The position numbers and the translations under genes are program-made. The notes beneath the pieces were generated by a model, which saw only the letters and a program-made list of their open reading frames with translations, did not search any database and was not told the DNA's origin. A stretch of DNA of 64,000 nucleotides from the NCBI RefSeq assembly GCF_009834535.1, contig NC_045697.1, positions 38,070,001-38,134,000 of the forward strand, given 5' to 3'. The DNA comes from Camelus ferus. Its lineage: Eukaryota. Below are positions 40,744 through 53,102 of this stretch, one piece after another. The number at the start of each line of letters is the position of its first letter. Positions within the stretch are counted from its first letter, which is position 1.

Positions 40744-42433
40744 TATTGAGTTGATTGCATAATTTTTTTTCTAATAGTGAAAAGATTTTAATAGGCTTCC
40801 TAATGTTGAACCATCTTAGTTGCTGGAATGAAGTTCACTTCATGGGGTCATATCATTTTTCAATATATTGCTATTTTAAATGTTTGCACTGATGTTTCTA
40901 AACAGGATTCACCTACAGTTTCCTTTTTCATACTAATGTAAGGTTTTGTTATTAGTATTTGCTGACTTCATAAAAAATATTTTGAGATTTTTTTCTTCCT
41001 TCTCTGAGCTGGAAAAATACAAAATCTCTTGGCCTAGTATTTTTGAGGGGAGAGTTTCTAGATAACGTTCTCCATTTTTCTTCTCCCATGGCCATCAGTA
41101 TTTAGATTTATTTCTCTCTTCTGAGGTCAATTTTGGTAGCACCTACTTTATTATATAATCCTCCATTTTATCTAGGTTTTCAAACTTATTGGCACAGAGA
41201 TTTGCAAAGTACTCTTGTGATTCCCATTTTTTTCTGTATCTGCTCTAATCTCCCTCTTTTCATTTGTATTTTTGTATATATATGGTTGCTCCCTTTTTAT
41301 AGATTAGCCTAGGCTCATTAGGCTAGTATATTTCATTTTTTTCAAAGAATCAGATTTTTGGTTTATTTACCAATTTTTGCTTTTTACTATAATTAATTAA
41401 TTTCATCTTTCATTTTATAATTTTTATCCTCTGCTTCCTGAAGTTCACTATGTTGTTTTCTTTTTAACTTACTGACTTAAATTCTTAATTCACTCACTCT
41501 TTCTTGCTTGACAATAGTTTAAAGTGTAAAAATTGTTTGAATTTTCCACAGAATATGGCTTTGTCAGAGTCCCATAAGTATTACAATGCAGTGTTTTCAT
41601 TGTCTTCATTTTCTAGATATTGTATAATTTTGATGTCATCTTCTTTAGATAGAAAGTGTGTTTTGATTTTTGTTTCTATAAGAAAATATTAAGCATTTTA
41701 ACATTCTTTTGCTAAATATGTATTTAAGGGTTGAGATAAATGATATGAATGAAATATTTGCAAAAATACATTCAGCATAGAATCTGTATTTAGGACTGCA
41801 TAAAGTTACTAGAATATTTTTTATTTCTGTGATATAAATTTTTCAGTGTGCATTTGCATTTAACTTTAAAATTCATATTTATTAAACATGTAGGGCCATT
41901 CAATAGCTACTAAGTGTCTACTATATCTCCAGCATTCATGTGGAAACTCTGGGAGTCCCATAGTAGAAGTCATGCTCTCTTGTCTTTCTACATTTTCTTA
42001 GTTCTCTAGTAATGGTAAATCACAGCTCTTATACAGAGTTTTGAATACAGGTCATTTGGAAGACAGAAATGCTTTCGGCTGTAAGTTCTGGCCTACTGTT
42101 ACAGGCACTGATAAGCACAATGAGAACATGATCCCTAACATATTCTTCTTGCACAGTAAATGATGATCAGGTCAATGTCTGCAAAATTGATGATGACTAC
42201 TGCAACACAGTGTGAGGAACACATGACACAGGCAAAGCAAATCTGCCCCTAAAACACTAGTATTTTCCATCACATGAAGTCCTCACAGCCCCTATATTTG
42301 TAGTATTTATATAGAATATTAATGTATACATGCAATTAAGTAATAGAAATACACTGAGCATAGTTTACTTTCTGAAGATCTGAAAAATGACAAAAATTTT
42401 CAAACTGAGTTGAATTGTGAAGCACATACCATT

Positions 42434-42469
42434 TTAAATATAACCTTCTGACCTTCTTCCATTGCGTGG
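42434..42469 (-). CDS. NMU: NMU exon 9 coding part (PRNGRRSEGYI*); exon spans 42430-42469
   Basis: cag|CCA CGC AAT GGA AGA AGG: completes FLFRPRN plus the GRR amidation signal. TAA stop, then AATG|gtatgt donor. Confidence 0.96.
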   Translation of the reverse strand, partial: PRNGRRSEGYI

Positions 42470-43062
42470 CTGGAAAATAAGAAGTCAGAAACAAATCAGT
42501 GTAACTAGGAAGGGAAGTTAATTTTCACAGAATGCAGCCTAATGAGCTCAATGAGTGGTAATATTTCTTCCTCATCTAGTCTTCCTCCTTCAATCCATTC
42601 TCTGATTTGGTGTTAGAATTAATTTCCAAGTTGCAAGTCTTACCATATAGCTCCCCTTAGACTTTACAATAAAGTTGAAATTCCTCAGCTAAATAATTCA
42701 TTGGCTAATGCTTCTTTCCCTAAATATTGTATTGGAACTTAAGGAGTAATGCATCTTTAATACAGTCATTTCCTGCATACGAAATGTTATGGAACTAAAC
42801 TGTGAAATAGGTGAATGTCATCTGAGGTATTTACAAACATGAGCAGTGGATTAGAGAAGATATCAGAGATGCCATAATATTAAAGAAGTAAGGTGGTGAC
42901 AGAAGTGAATCGCAGACTATAACATCTGACATCAAATACCTTTAGATAAATTCCAAAACTTAATTGCAACTCATGAGTTAATATAAATCAATGCACAGTG
43001 ATGGTATTTTTCAATGCTGATGTTGATTGATTTTTTTTAAAAAATATGTAGTATGTGCATAC

Positions 43063-43116
43063 CCTGAATAAGAAATATCCGTGACTTCGGCTTGCCATAG
43101 GACCTCGGAATTCTTC
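43063..43116 (-). CDS. NMU: NMU exon 8 (EEFRGPMASRSHGYFLFR)
   Basis: 54 bp, cag|GAA...AGG|gtatgc. Confidence 0.96.
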
Positions 43117-46037
43117 CTGGAAGGGAAAATAAGGGCATTACAAACCAAATAACAGTAAAAATAAGTGCAAACGCTTCTTGAGAGGACAGTTAGTTTCATC
43201 TGTCATAATTAAATAAGGAGGGAATCAAGGACTTGAGTATATAATTCATACCAATAAGTAATCTTTGTATTTATAACTGAAGAATTTTCAGTGATACTAG
43301 CAGTATCATCAGAATGTTGTATTTTGAGATAATTTCTTTACCAGTCTAACAGATTCTATTTCCAGGAAGTTTGCCAGTTGTTCATATATTCATCAATAAG
43401 TAGACAGAAGTCATTTAATGGATAATTAACTATATTTAAAATATCCCTTCAGAATTTTGCTAAAATGAAATAATTCCTTTAAAATACATATTGTATGTGC
43501 TAACAAATGAACAGGCTAAATTATAAAATAGAATTGTGTCAGAATTAAAATATACAATATATCTTTAGGAACTTAAATTGAAATTGAAGGACAATTTGGA
43601 TGAACTAGTATTTATTCAATGAAACTTCAAAGTGGTTTTCCCAATATGATTATATTTAAAATACCAAATAGGAACAAACTAATTATTCATAATGAGTACG
43701 TTTTGAAGTGTTTCTTTTCTCAAAATATTTCACTTCAAACTAAATGGAAAAAATATTTAACATTTTATGATTTCCATAAAATTGGTTCTTAAAGCTTCCT
43801 ATTTTTGATAACTACTTATAAAAGTATCAGGATGGCATTCATGAAATTTGTCAATAAGACCTTTTACAAGTATTCCATAATATAAACACAATCATATTTT
43901 TTATATCTAAGCAATGGCTCTGACATCTATTAAAATTCTGAAATCCTTGCTTTACAATAAATGTGTCTTAAATTCTCAACATTTTATCACTAATTCTCAT
44001 GCTGATGATAAATCCCCTAAATTAAAGATTGAAATTTTTAATATTTAAAAATGTACACATAGAAACTATGTATTTATATGGTTATATAAGAACAGTTATG
44101 TACTTTATATGAAACAGAAAAAAAAAAAGTAGGATAAAATGTAACTCAAACTGTGCCAAAATTTAAAACTTTGAAACTCAAATATACAGATCTTTTTATA
44201 TACTTATCTCACTGGAGATAAGTATATCTAAGTAAGATAAGATAAGTAAAAGACAGTATATGAAAGAATTTGGGCGGTAGAGCTAAAAAGTTATGGGGAT
44301 GGAAGTGAGAATGTCTAGTAAACAAAACTTAAGAAAAGTGTTTGAATGCACTGAGATCTGAAAACTCATTTTCTTTAAGAGTGCAAAATACTTCACTATC
44401 AAAAATGTGTATTAAAATTAGGTGACTCAACCCCAGAAAAGCTAATACTCTATTATAATTTTTTTAATTCATATTTTACATTCATTTCTTTCAAAGATTG
44501 CTAGGAAACTTGGCTTGCTGCTGAATACTTTTAGGAGTTGTCATTTGTCCATCAAGATATTATTACCAAGTCAGAATTCATATTTTCAGCTAGTTACCTG
44601 GAAATATAGATAGTCTCACTCAAGATGGAACATTCAAAGTACCAAACTGGCCACTGGCCACAACACCTGAGTAAATAAATAATGACACTGAAGTTTTGTA
44701 GTAAACTAATAATTTGTTGGTATATTTTAAGAAACTGCATATTTAAATTAAAATCTTACATTATTCATAAGTCAAGCAACCACTTCAGAAAGTAAATGTT
44801 AATCCAGAAAAGCACGTACCACTTCTAGAAGGTTCAAGGACAACTTACTTGGTTTTTTTAAATATTGGAAATTCTAAAATTTTAAGGGGCTACTACAATT
44901 CCTCTTACACTTCTCATTCAAGTTGGCAGCAGTATTGCCTTCCTTGATGGAAGCTTAGTTTAAGAATGTGAAGAATTTAGGGAGGAAAATGTGAACATAA
45001 AAATAAGTTTTGAGGAATTTATTTGCCTAAACTGTATGTGTTTTTTAAAGTATTTGAAAACTTTTGCTAGTAGAATTAAATTAATATGGTATATAAATTA
45101 AGAAAAAATTAACAATGAAATAATAGAAGTAGTCAAGATTAGACTATAAAGGGGACAGCATAGTGAAAAAAAAAATTGCCTAGACTGGAAGTGAAGAGAT
45201 TGTTGTAATCTCTAACCTCATTTTACTGCTATGATCTTGAGAAACTCCTTTAACTATTCTGAGTTGTTTTCCTTTTTGTAAACCAGGGATAACTATACTT
45301 GCATAAGCACCAACAGAGTTGTCAAGAATAAAATGAGATAATACAAGACTGAAAACTACAAGGCGCTGTAACAATGTAAGGCATTACGTAAAAATAATGC
45401 CTAGAAACTTTCATCATCGAAAGAGTTAGGACTATTTTTAAAAGACAATAAAAATGCCATAATTTCTAATTTAAAAATGTGTCATCTCAGTAACATTCAT
45501 TTTAAACACAGATGCTGGATTTGGGCCATATTTTTGTTAATTGTGGAAAAAACAAAATACCTACATTTAATTTCTGAACTATTTACTTTGTGAGCCTTAC
45601 TCTTACCATCACTTTAATACTTTGATAGAAAGCCATACCAGCCATTTGCAGATCTGTACACAGAGGGGCAGTAAATGGTCCTTAATCTTTTGTCCTCTTC
45701 CTACCTAACGACTAGGCACACTGCCATGTCCTGACTTAAACCAAAAATCAATAGGCTTCCTCACTGGGAGGGTCATGACTCTTGGAAGGAAGTCTAATCC
45801 CAGCTTTCTCCACGGCCCACAGCTGGAGTTAGAAGGGACATACTATGGGGAGGGGGACAGTTCTCATTTTCCTGAGTGTGAAAACACATCTGCAAGCAGA
45901 TGCTGTTCTGTGGGCTACTTGGGTGCTATGTGAGGCACATCCAGAAGAAGATCTTATAAACCAACACAATTGGGAATTAGCAGAAAGGGCTGTCCCACAC
46001 AGACTGGCAGAGCGAGCATGCAGTTTGTGTTACATAC

Positions 46038-46112
46038 GTCCACTTTGAATCTCTTCATTCTTCTCTCATGCAGTTGAGGAACGAGCTGCAGCAGCGGATG
46101 CAGGACAGATGA
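46038..46112 (-). CDS. NMU: NMU exon 7 ([25 protein letters not shown])
   Basis: 75 bp, cag|TCA...GAC|gtatgt; seen within ORF 45954..46160. Confidence 0.97.
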
Positions 46113-47686
46113 CTGAGAGACACGAACACACACATGATGAGCACAAAGGCTTCTCAGCATTGGGCAAAAAGACGGCTTCCTACTTGTTTGTTTTTGTTTT
46201 TACCCACTATCCTTGCTCCAGACAACAAACAACAAGAAAGATGTGACCTAAGAGTCCTTTGCGAGCATTTCAATCAGCTGTGGTGAATAAGCCAAGAGAT
46301 GGAATAAAAGTCGACAGTTCTGTGCTGGGATCTTGGTCATTCTGTTGACAAAGCTCTTTCCTGAGGGCCTGAGCTCCATCATCAGCTGCCAACAAGGAAA
46401 ACCCCGCCTGCATCTTTGAGAGGATGAAGCAGTCTGTCCGCTTCCAGATTTACTCAAAATGACTTGGGACAGATGAAACCAACTCTGGGAGAATCAGTTT
46501 TCCATCATTAACATGTTTATCTGGAAAATTACACTGTACACACATCCAGTAATCTCCTTTATAAAATATATGTTTCATTTAAAACTGAACATATGGAACA
46601 AGACAACAGGGAACACAAAAAATGACAATGCATCATCGATAGTGAAAAATGTGACTAAGATACATTTTCTCAAGAAGTATAGATGCCAAGCAGAAGAAAA
46701 CAAAAGCACATTTGAGACATGTGTCTACCTGATACAGTTTCATTTTAAAGGCAAGGCTTGAACTGAACCTACTCACAAATATTAAGTTCATTCATCAAGT
46801 GGATTACTGTAAGCCCCATATAATGGTTCTTTGTTAATCAATTCAACTTGTATTTGGTTTAAAGTCAGCATAACCTAACTTGCAACTCCTCACATGTAAG
46901 AATATTCAATGGGACAAACATTTAAAGCTGAGTTTCAAGTTACAGTTACTTTCCCACAGGGAAACACACATTTAAAATAACTACATTCCTCATGCTATAA
47001 ATTGGTCCATGGCAGTGAGTCACAAGTTTAGAAGGAATATTATAATCAAATAATTATTAAGTATTCTAGGTTGAAACAGCAAAGTAGGTTGGTAAGTATT
47101 TTTTAAATCCATGAATATAAAAAGAAAAACTACCACTAAAACCACACAATTTAGAAGTGAATTGAATTCAGGTTATTGCTATCTGGCTAATTTTAGAGAA
47201 TAAATTCTCAAATTAAATGCCTAGTTACAAAGAAGGAGCTCCTAGGAATACAAGTGGATACTTCTTGTTATATTTACTTACATTTTTGACAATCATCTTT
47301 TAAAATAATTCTTATAATGACTTTGGATAAATATTTTTCCCTTGCACTAATCACTATCCAAAACATTTGTCTTACTTAATCATCTGCTTTTTTGCCTCTA
47401 AAATGTAAGTTCCATGACGTTTACTACTGTATTTCTAGCACTTAGAATTGTGCTTGGCACACAGTAGAAACTCAGTAAAAAATTGTTGAATGAATAAATG
47501 AATTTAATGTATTTGTAGTTATTGAGATATAAAGTAAATGTATAATACATATTGCATTCCATTTGTTCATCCATCCACTTTTTAAGAAAAAACATGAATT
47601 TTGATCTACCTTTAAGAGAGAAAGTACAAAAACAGGATTTAAAAAAAAACTAGTGATTACTGATAAGAAGTAATTTTACAACTTAC

Positions 47687-47737
47687 CACAACATTTGAAT
47701 TGCCCAATTTTCGTGTCTTTGAATAATGAAATAAGAA
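47687..47737 (-). CDS. NMU: NMU exon 6 ([17 protein letters not shown])
   Basis: 51 bp, cag|TTC...GTG|gtaagt; the FLFHYS motif starts NURP. Confidence 0.96.
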
Positions 47738-47830
47738 CTGTTAAAAAAAAAAAGTAGTGAGCTTTACTATAGATGATTAGTGGTTTCCTTTATTATTTTT
47801 TAATGTATATATTTATGAAAGTCACTTTAC

Positions 47831-47860
47831 CCTTTTGGTATTATCTTTTTCATCTGTTTC
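47831..47860 (-). CDS. NMU: NMU exon 5 (ETDEKDNTKR)
   Basis: 30 bp, cag|GAA...AGG|gtaaag; ends in a KR cleavage site. Confidence 0.93.
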
Positions 47861-49257
47861 CTGTTAAAAATGGAGATATATAAATATCATTATATTATAT
47901 TATAAAATCTTAAAGAGATATTGTGTATATATATTATAAATATATAGTATAAAATTATAAGATTTATTATATAATTTCTAAAACATGTGACACATATGTA
48001 ATGTATACAATATAGGACTGAAATTGGTTAAGCATATATTGCTCTAAAAATAAATGGGCAATTAATTAAAAACTGTTTATAAATAAAAGTATGAATGAAG
48101 ATCTTTACTACAGCATTATTCATAAGAGTAAAAAAATTGGAAACAGCCTAAATGTTCAGTAGTGGTAGAATGGGAAATTCTAATATAATCGCATGATAGA
48201 ATATTCAGAGAAAAAAGACTAGAAGGAATTATATCAAAATATTTGTAGTTGTATCACTAAATAATAAGATTATGGGTTGTTTTTGCTTTCTTTAACAAAC
48301 TTTTCTACACTCCTCTCTCCCTCCAAAAATCTGACTTAAAGAATGAGACATATCATTCATTTCTTTGTTGTTCTTTTTTGTTCTCATTTGCTTTTAATAT
48401 AAAATGAAACTCATGGATAAACACCATTGTCATTTGTTTTATCTTAATTAGGAAAAAAGTCAATTAAGTGTTTTGGGAAGTGTCACCATTTAAAACATCA
48501 GAAAAAAATACAGTTGTAAACACATTTTGTTTCAGAAAACATGCTTTCAAAATATTCTGTTTTCTTAGAATTACTGTACATGAAAGTATGGAAGTCAGAA
48601 TGTACCAGTGATCATAGATTACATTGCTAATTAAAAATATACTTCTAAACCTGCGGTTCTTATCTTTAATAAGGGAGTTTTAAAACAAGTTCGCCTACAA
48701 GATACAGAATATAAACTGAGGTACATTATGCCATTTTTCAAGTTCCCATACCATAGCCTCACTTCAAGACAAAAAGTTCTTCCAGAAGAATCAAATAATA
48801 ATTTTAATAAAAAACCAAGACATCACAGGAAAAATATAATTTTCCTGACATTGATGATATTGTCTGCTTTTTTTGCATTCTCAATGTCCTCTCTGACAAA
48901 GTACATTGTCCCAACCTCCCAGCTTAGAAAAAATGTGTCTGTGCTCCAGCTGTAGTATGAATCAGGGAAAGAAAAAGAGCCAAAATGACCCCAAATTTCC
49001 CTCATCAGAACTAGAACACATCTTATATTTCAGGGCAACATGTGATTTTCCAATTAGATGATTGCAAACTCCACTAATATGATTCTAAATTCTCAGGCGT
49101 CAGAGAAAATGAAGTATTTGTTTCTTATCCAAAATCAGTTTATGCTCTTCTAGCTCCTCTTGGCATGCTTTTCTAAATATTTTCTTCCAGGAGGCATTCC
49201 AAGATATCACTGAACAATTTTTTTTTTGCCTACAATTAAACACTCTTTGAACCTTAC

Positions 49258-49317
49258 CTGGAGCTTTGGTAGAATCCGCGTAATTGTGAAGCAGAGCTCC
49301 TCCAATGCATTGGATGC
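49258..49317 (-). CDS. NMU: NMU exon 4 (ASNALEELCFTITRILPKLQ)
   Basis: 60 bp, tag|GCA...CAG|gtaagg. Confidence 0.94.
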
Positions 49318-49714
49318 CTAATGGAAATTAGAAGGTAAATAGGCAATGCTTCTGCTTTAACAACATTTGCATGGAAGATATAATCATGAAATGTTAGGAT
49401 CCCAAGGATATTCCAACCACCCAAAATAGAATCCTTGTGGCCTATTGAAACTGTTGGAATCCCTTGATTTCCCTCACAATAAAAACTTGGCTCCTAAAAG
49501 TAAAACCTTCTTTCCAATCAGGAAAAAAAAAAAGTTATGTATTGTAAAATGCGCAGTATATCGAATACATGTATTTACATGCAATATAATGTATATATAC
49601 AGTCAAAGTGTAATAATTCTACCTAATTAACTGCAAAAGGAAAAAAAAGTTATGTATTGTATATATGCACTGATTACGGCTTCCACTGGGCAGGGAGGGG
49701 GATCAGGGAGGCGC

Positions 49715-49887
49715 TGGGGGGTGGGTATAGCTCAGTGGTAGAGTGCGTGTTTAGCATGCACGAAGTCTTGGAATCAATCCCCAGTACCTCTATTAAAATA
49801 AAATTGAAAAAATAAAATCTAATTATCCCCCTCCTCAAAAAAAAGAGTAAAAATTTAAAAAATAACTAAATGAGCACTTTAAAAAAA
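49715..49887 (+). mobile_element. tRNA-Ala-derived SINE (camelid Vic-1-like)
   Basis: GGGTATAGCTCAGTGGTAGAGTGCGTGTTTAGCATGCACG...AATCCCCAGTACCTC plus A-rich tail; candidate TSD ggcttccactg/ggctttcactg. Confidence 0.87.
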
Positions 49888-52800
49888 GGCTTTCACTGTG
49901 GGTCCAGTTACAACATTCTTAGTATTTCCTAAAATTCTATGAAACTCTATGACTGAGAGTAACTAGGGAAACCTCAAAAGAGGGATTACTCTTCCCAGCT
50001 TGTAGCAAAGTCTGAATCTACATGCCAAGGCTGTGAGCCTCACCAAATGTTACTCTTATTGGCTAATTTGAAAATCCTGCAATTGCTTGCTAACAATGGG
50101 AGTTTGGAGGGGAAGAAGCTGTGCACAGTGCGCCTAATCTAAGTTCCCACCCTTCCAGGCTGCTGACTGTACACCACAGGATCAGGTTTTTCAAAGCATC
50201 CAAGCACAGAAGCAGGGCAGGGCTCCCGTGGTTAGGAGCCAACTGGGTGTGGTGAGGAGAAGCACAAATGGACAAGCAGGGGCGAGACCTGCTTTGCACA
50301 GAATTCAGCACACTGGCACCGTAAACAATTGATTATTTAGCAAATGCATATGGGAAGCAATGAGGAGCTGAAACAGTATGGGGGAGGGGCTGAGGGGGAG
50401 ACATGGATGGTATCTAGGGAGTTGAGCAGCCTGCAACTCTAAAGCAGTACAAATTCCATGTCTACTCTTTATCAGCTGTGTTACCTTCCTTGGGCTGGTT
50501 AACTAACCTCTCCAACCTTCAGTTTCTTCAGCCATAAATTGGGGATGACAACATCAATGCAGAATTCTTGAAAGGATTAGATGTAGGTAAAGCTCTTAGC
50601 ACAGTGCCACTTACAGAGCAATTAGTTAACAACAGCAGCATTAAAAAAATGCCTGACCAGTAAAGCTTGATTTACAGCTGCAGTTCCTCTTAACCCAGAA
50701 GACATGTCATAAAGGATTGTTCAGGGCCACCAATATCCTCACCCTTTGAACAACAGCACATGTTTAAGAGGTTTGGCTGTAGTTTATGGATATAGTTGGA
50801 GGCATGAAGCAGCTTCTCTGAGCATCCTTCCCAGCACGTCAGAGGCCTGCTTTTTTCTCACCTATTTGTTTGCCTGCCACGCAAATTGTTGGACTATTTA
50901 ATAATAACATTAAATGGGGTTCTTCAAGTTTATGTAGTCTTTCAATAAATTATAAAACACTTTCTTATACATAATTCGTATTTTGTCTTGAAAACACAGG
51001 TATGCAGGATGGGAATTGTTATTCTCATATACAAAGGAGTGAGGTTCTGTCACTTGCCCACTACCACACACGGCTGGGCTGTCTGACCTGTAGGCATCCC
51101 TGTGTTGTACTGGTATTGACTGTAAGCCTACAGTTGGGAGTTAGATGAGAAAAAAAAAGTAGAGTGTGAACACTGATACATCCTTTCTCTCTTTTTCCCT
51201 TCAGGGTTGGGTGCGCAGGTTACCCCACAAAAATCTGGAAATAAATTCCCAAAACTTCCTTTTATGGCCCATCTAGAAATGTTGCAACATACAAAACAAT
51301 CAAAAGAAAATATTGACTGAATGTCATGTGTCTCTTTGAAGAATACATTCAGATACATGAATGTCTCCTTAGAAAACAGCCTCTAAGCTAGATGAGGCTT
51401 GCCAACAAAACTGAAGTTTGACAGAATAAATTTCAAAACAAATTGCATGTTCCCAGAAACTCTTTACTTGAAGCCATTATTTACTGAGCTACAACTATTC
51501 TTTGAAGATTTTTCTCATGTAGATTTTTAATATTTTATTTTTTATCTGTGGACCTTTTAAAGATCCTTTCTTTTCTATTTGGTAAAAGTGTTTTGAAGAA
51601 CTATTCAGATAATCACATACACAATAAAATAATAGTTAATGTGAAAATTAATGATTTTTTAAAATGTATCAGTTAATGTAAAAAATTTCAGAGTGAATTA
51701 CTAAGTTCTCCTCAAAAGGTGCACAGCCTCCAAATCCAATAAAACCTTAGTTTATCTTGATGGTGTTCTTAGATGAGTGCTTTAAAATTCATCCTTTTAG
51801 TACTGCAGACATAAAACTGATTCTATCTAAAGGCATTCCAGAATTTTAAGTACAATGCAAAAGCTTGTATGCTGATTAATATCCATCACATGGTATGGAT
51901 CCATTGACACTCCTCAAGCAATTTGAAATATTATTCCTAAATGTCATCTGTTGTGATCCTGGTCATGCTTTTCCATCTAATGCCTCTAGCTTGCTGCACG
52001 TGATCCTCTGCAGGCTAAGGAACTGGTTGAGGAGGGAAAACACAGCACTGTTCAAGGCTGCTTCTCCACCCCGGCCAGGATGACTTTCTGGAGGGACTAC
52101 GTAAAGCACAGGCACTGCACCCTGGCCAGACCACGTAGGGGTTACACCCAGGCACACAGCTGACTGTGCTGGAAGAGGCTGAGCCAGGAGCCTCTGCTGA
52201 GCCCTCTTCTCTGTCCAGGAGGCTAGTGATACTGATTGAGAAAGTGAAGACACTTAAGGCTAACTCTGCTATATCTGCACTCAGAGAGAGAACTGCAGAC
52301 AGAAGCAGCTGCGTCCAGTAGAGACAGTGTAAGGGGAACACTTAGTTCCCAGTCCCTGTGTTCCCATGTACAGGCATCCCTCCCTCCCCAACCCTCTCTT
52401 CACCCTTTCCTGTGGGGAGAGGAGTGAGTTACCTGACAGATGCCTGGGAGGAGGAAGGAGGGCATGCTCTGTTGTTCGGCCCTGTCCTCTTAGCGAGCCA
52501 GCTCTCTGGCCGGTTGTCCTTGCCTGGTCTCTGCCCTGTGGCAGACAACCTGATTCTGGCAGGAGGCTTGAGTCACTGTCCAATCTCAGTTTAATTTTAG
52601 GGGTAGATTAACAAACACACTTGGCATCAGATCTAAGGTCACACTCATCAACTGACTTTAGTTACAATACTTTGCTCTCCATAAGTCTAACTCTGTAAGT
52701 TCATCTCTCCATGGGTTTCAAACTCAATTGAGGGATAGGATATTAGCTCCCCAAATACAGCAGAAGATACATTATTTTTAATCTAACACAGAATTTGATT

Positions 52801-53054
52801 TTGGAATTAGTACTTAAATTTTCAAAATATGTGTATATTACCTGCAAACCTATTTTACTTAAAGATAAAAGCCTAGCACTTTACAACAGAAACTCATAGC
52901 ACTGATAATTACCTGCAGATGATATAATAATTTCTAATATGCTGACATGTTTTAATAGGCCTATAAAATAATGACAGGTCCAAAGGGAGAAACATAGTAT
53001 TTCAGCACTACAGAAATGCTTACGTCACTACGGAACACTGCCATTTGGAATTAC

Positions 53055-53102
53055 CTGAGGCTGAGAATCCATGGACAGGGAAGACGAACAAGCATCACCT
53101 AT
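53055..53102 (-). CDS. NMU: NMU exon 3 (IGDACSSSLSMDSQPQ)
   Basis: 48 bp, cag|ATA...CAG|gtaatt. Confidence 0.93.

Noticed and set aside
49720..49795. Possible tRNA-Ala(AGC) gene (also 5025-5093)
   Set aside because: A-rich tails, mutated stems or boxes and shared SINE 3' sequence indicate SINE copies.
51200..51240. Sm-site-like ATTTTTGTGG plus hairpin on the minus strand (snRNA 3' fragment?)
   Set aside because: Too short and divergent to match any snRNA I know; no TSD seen.
51895..52611. Cluster of 60-108-aa ORFs in NMU intron 3
   Set aside because: Locally higher GC, ORFs on both strands, no recognisable homology.
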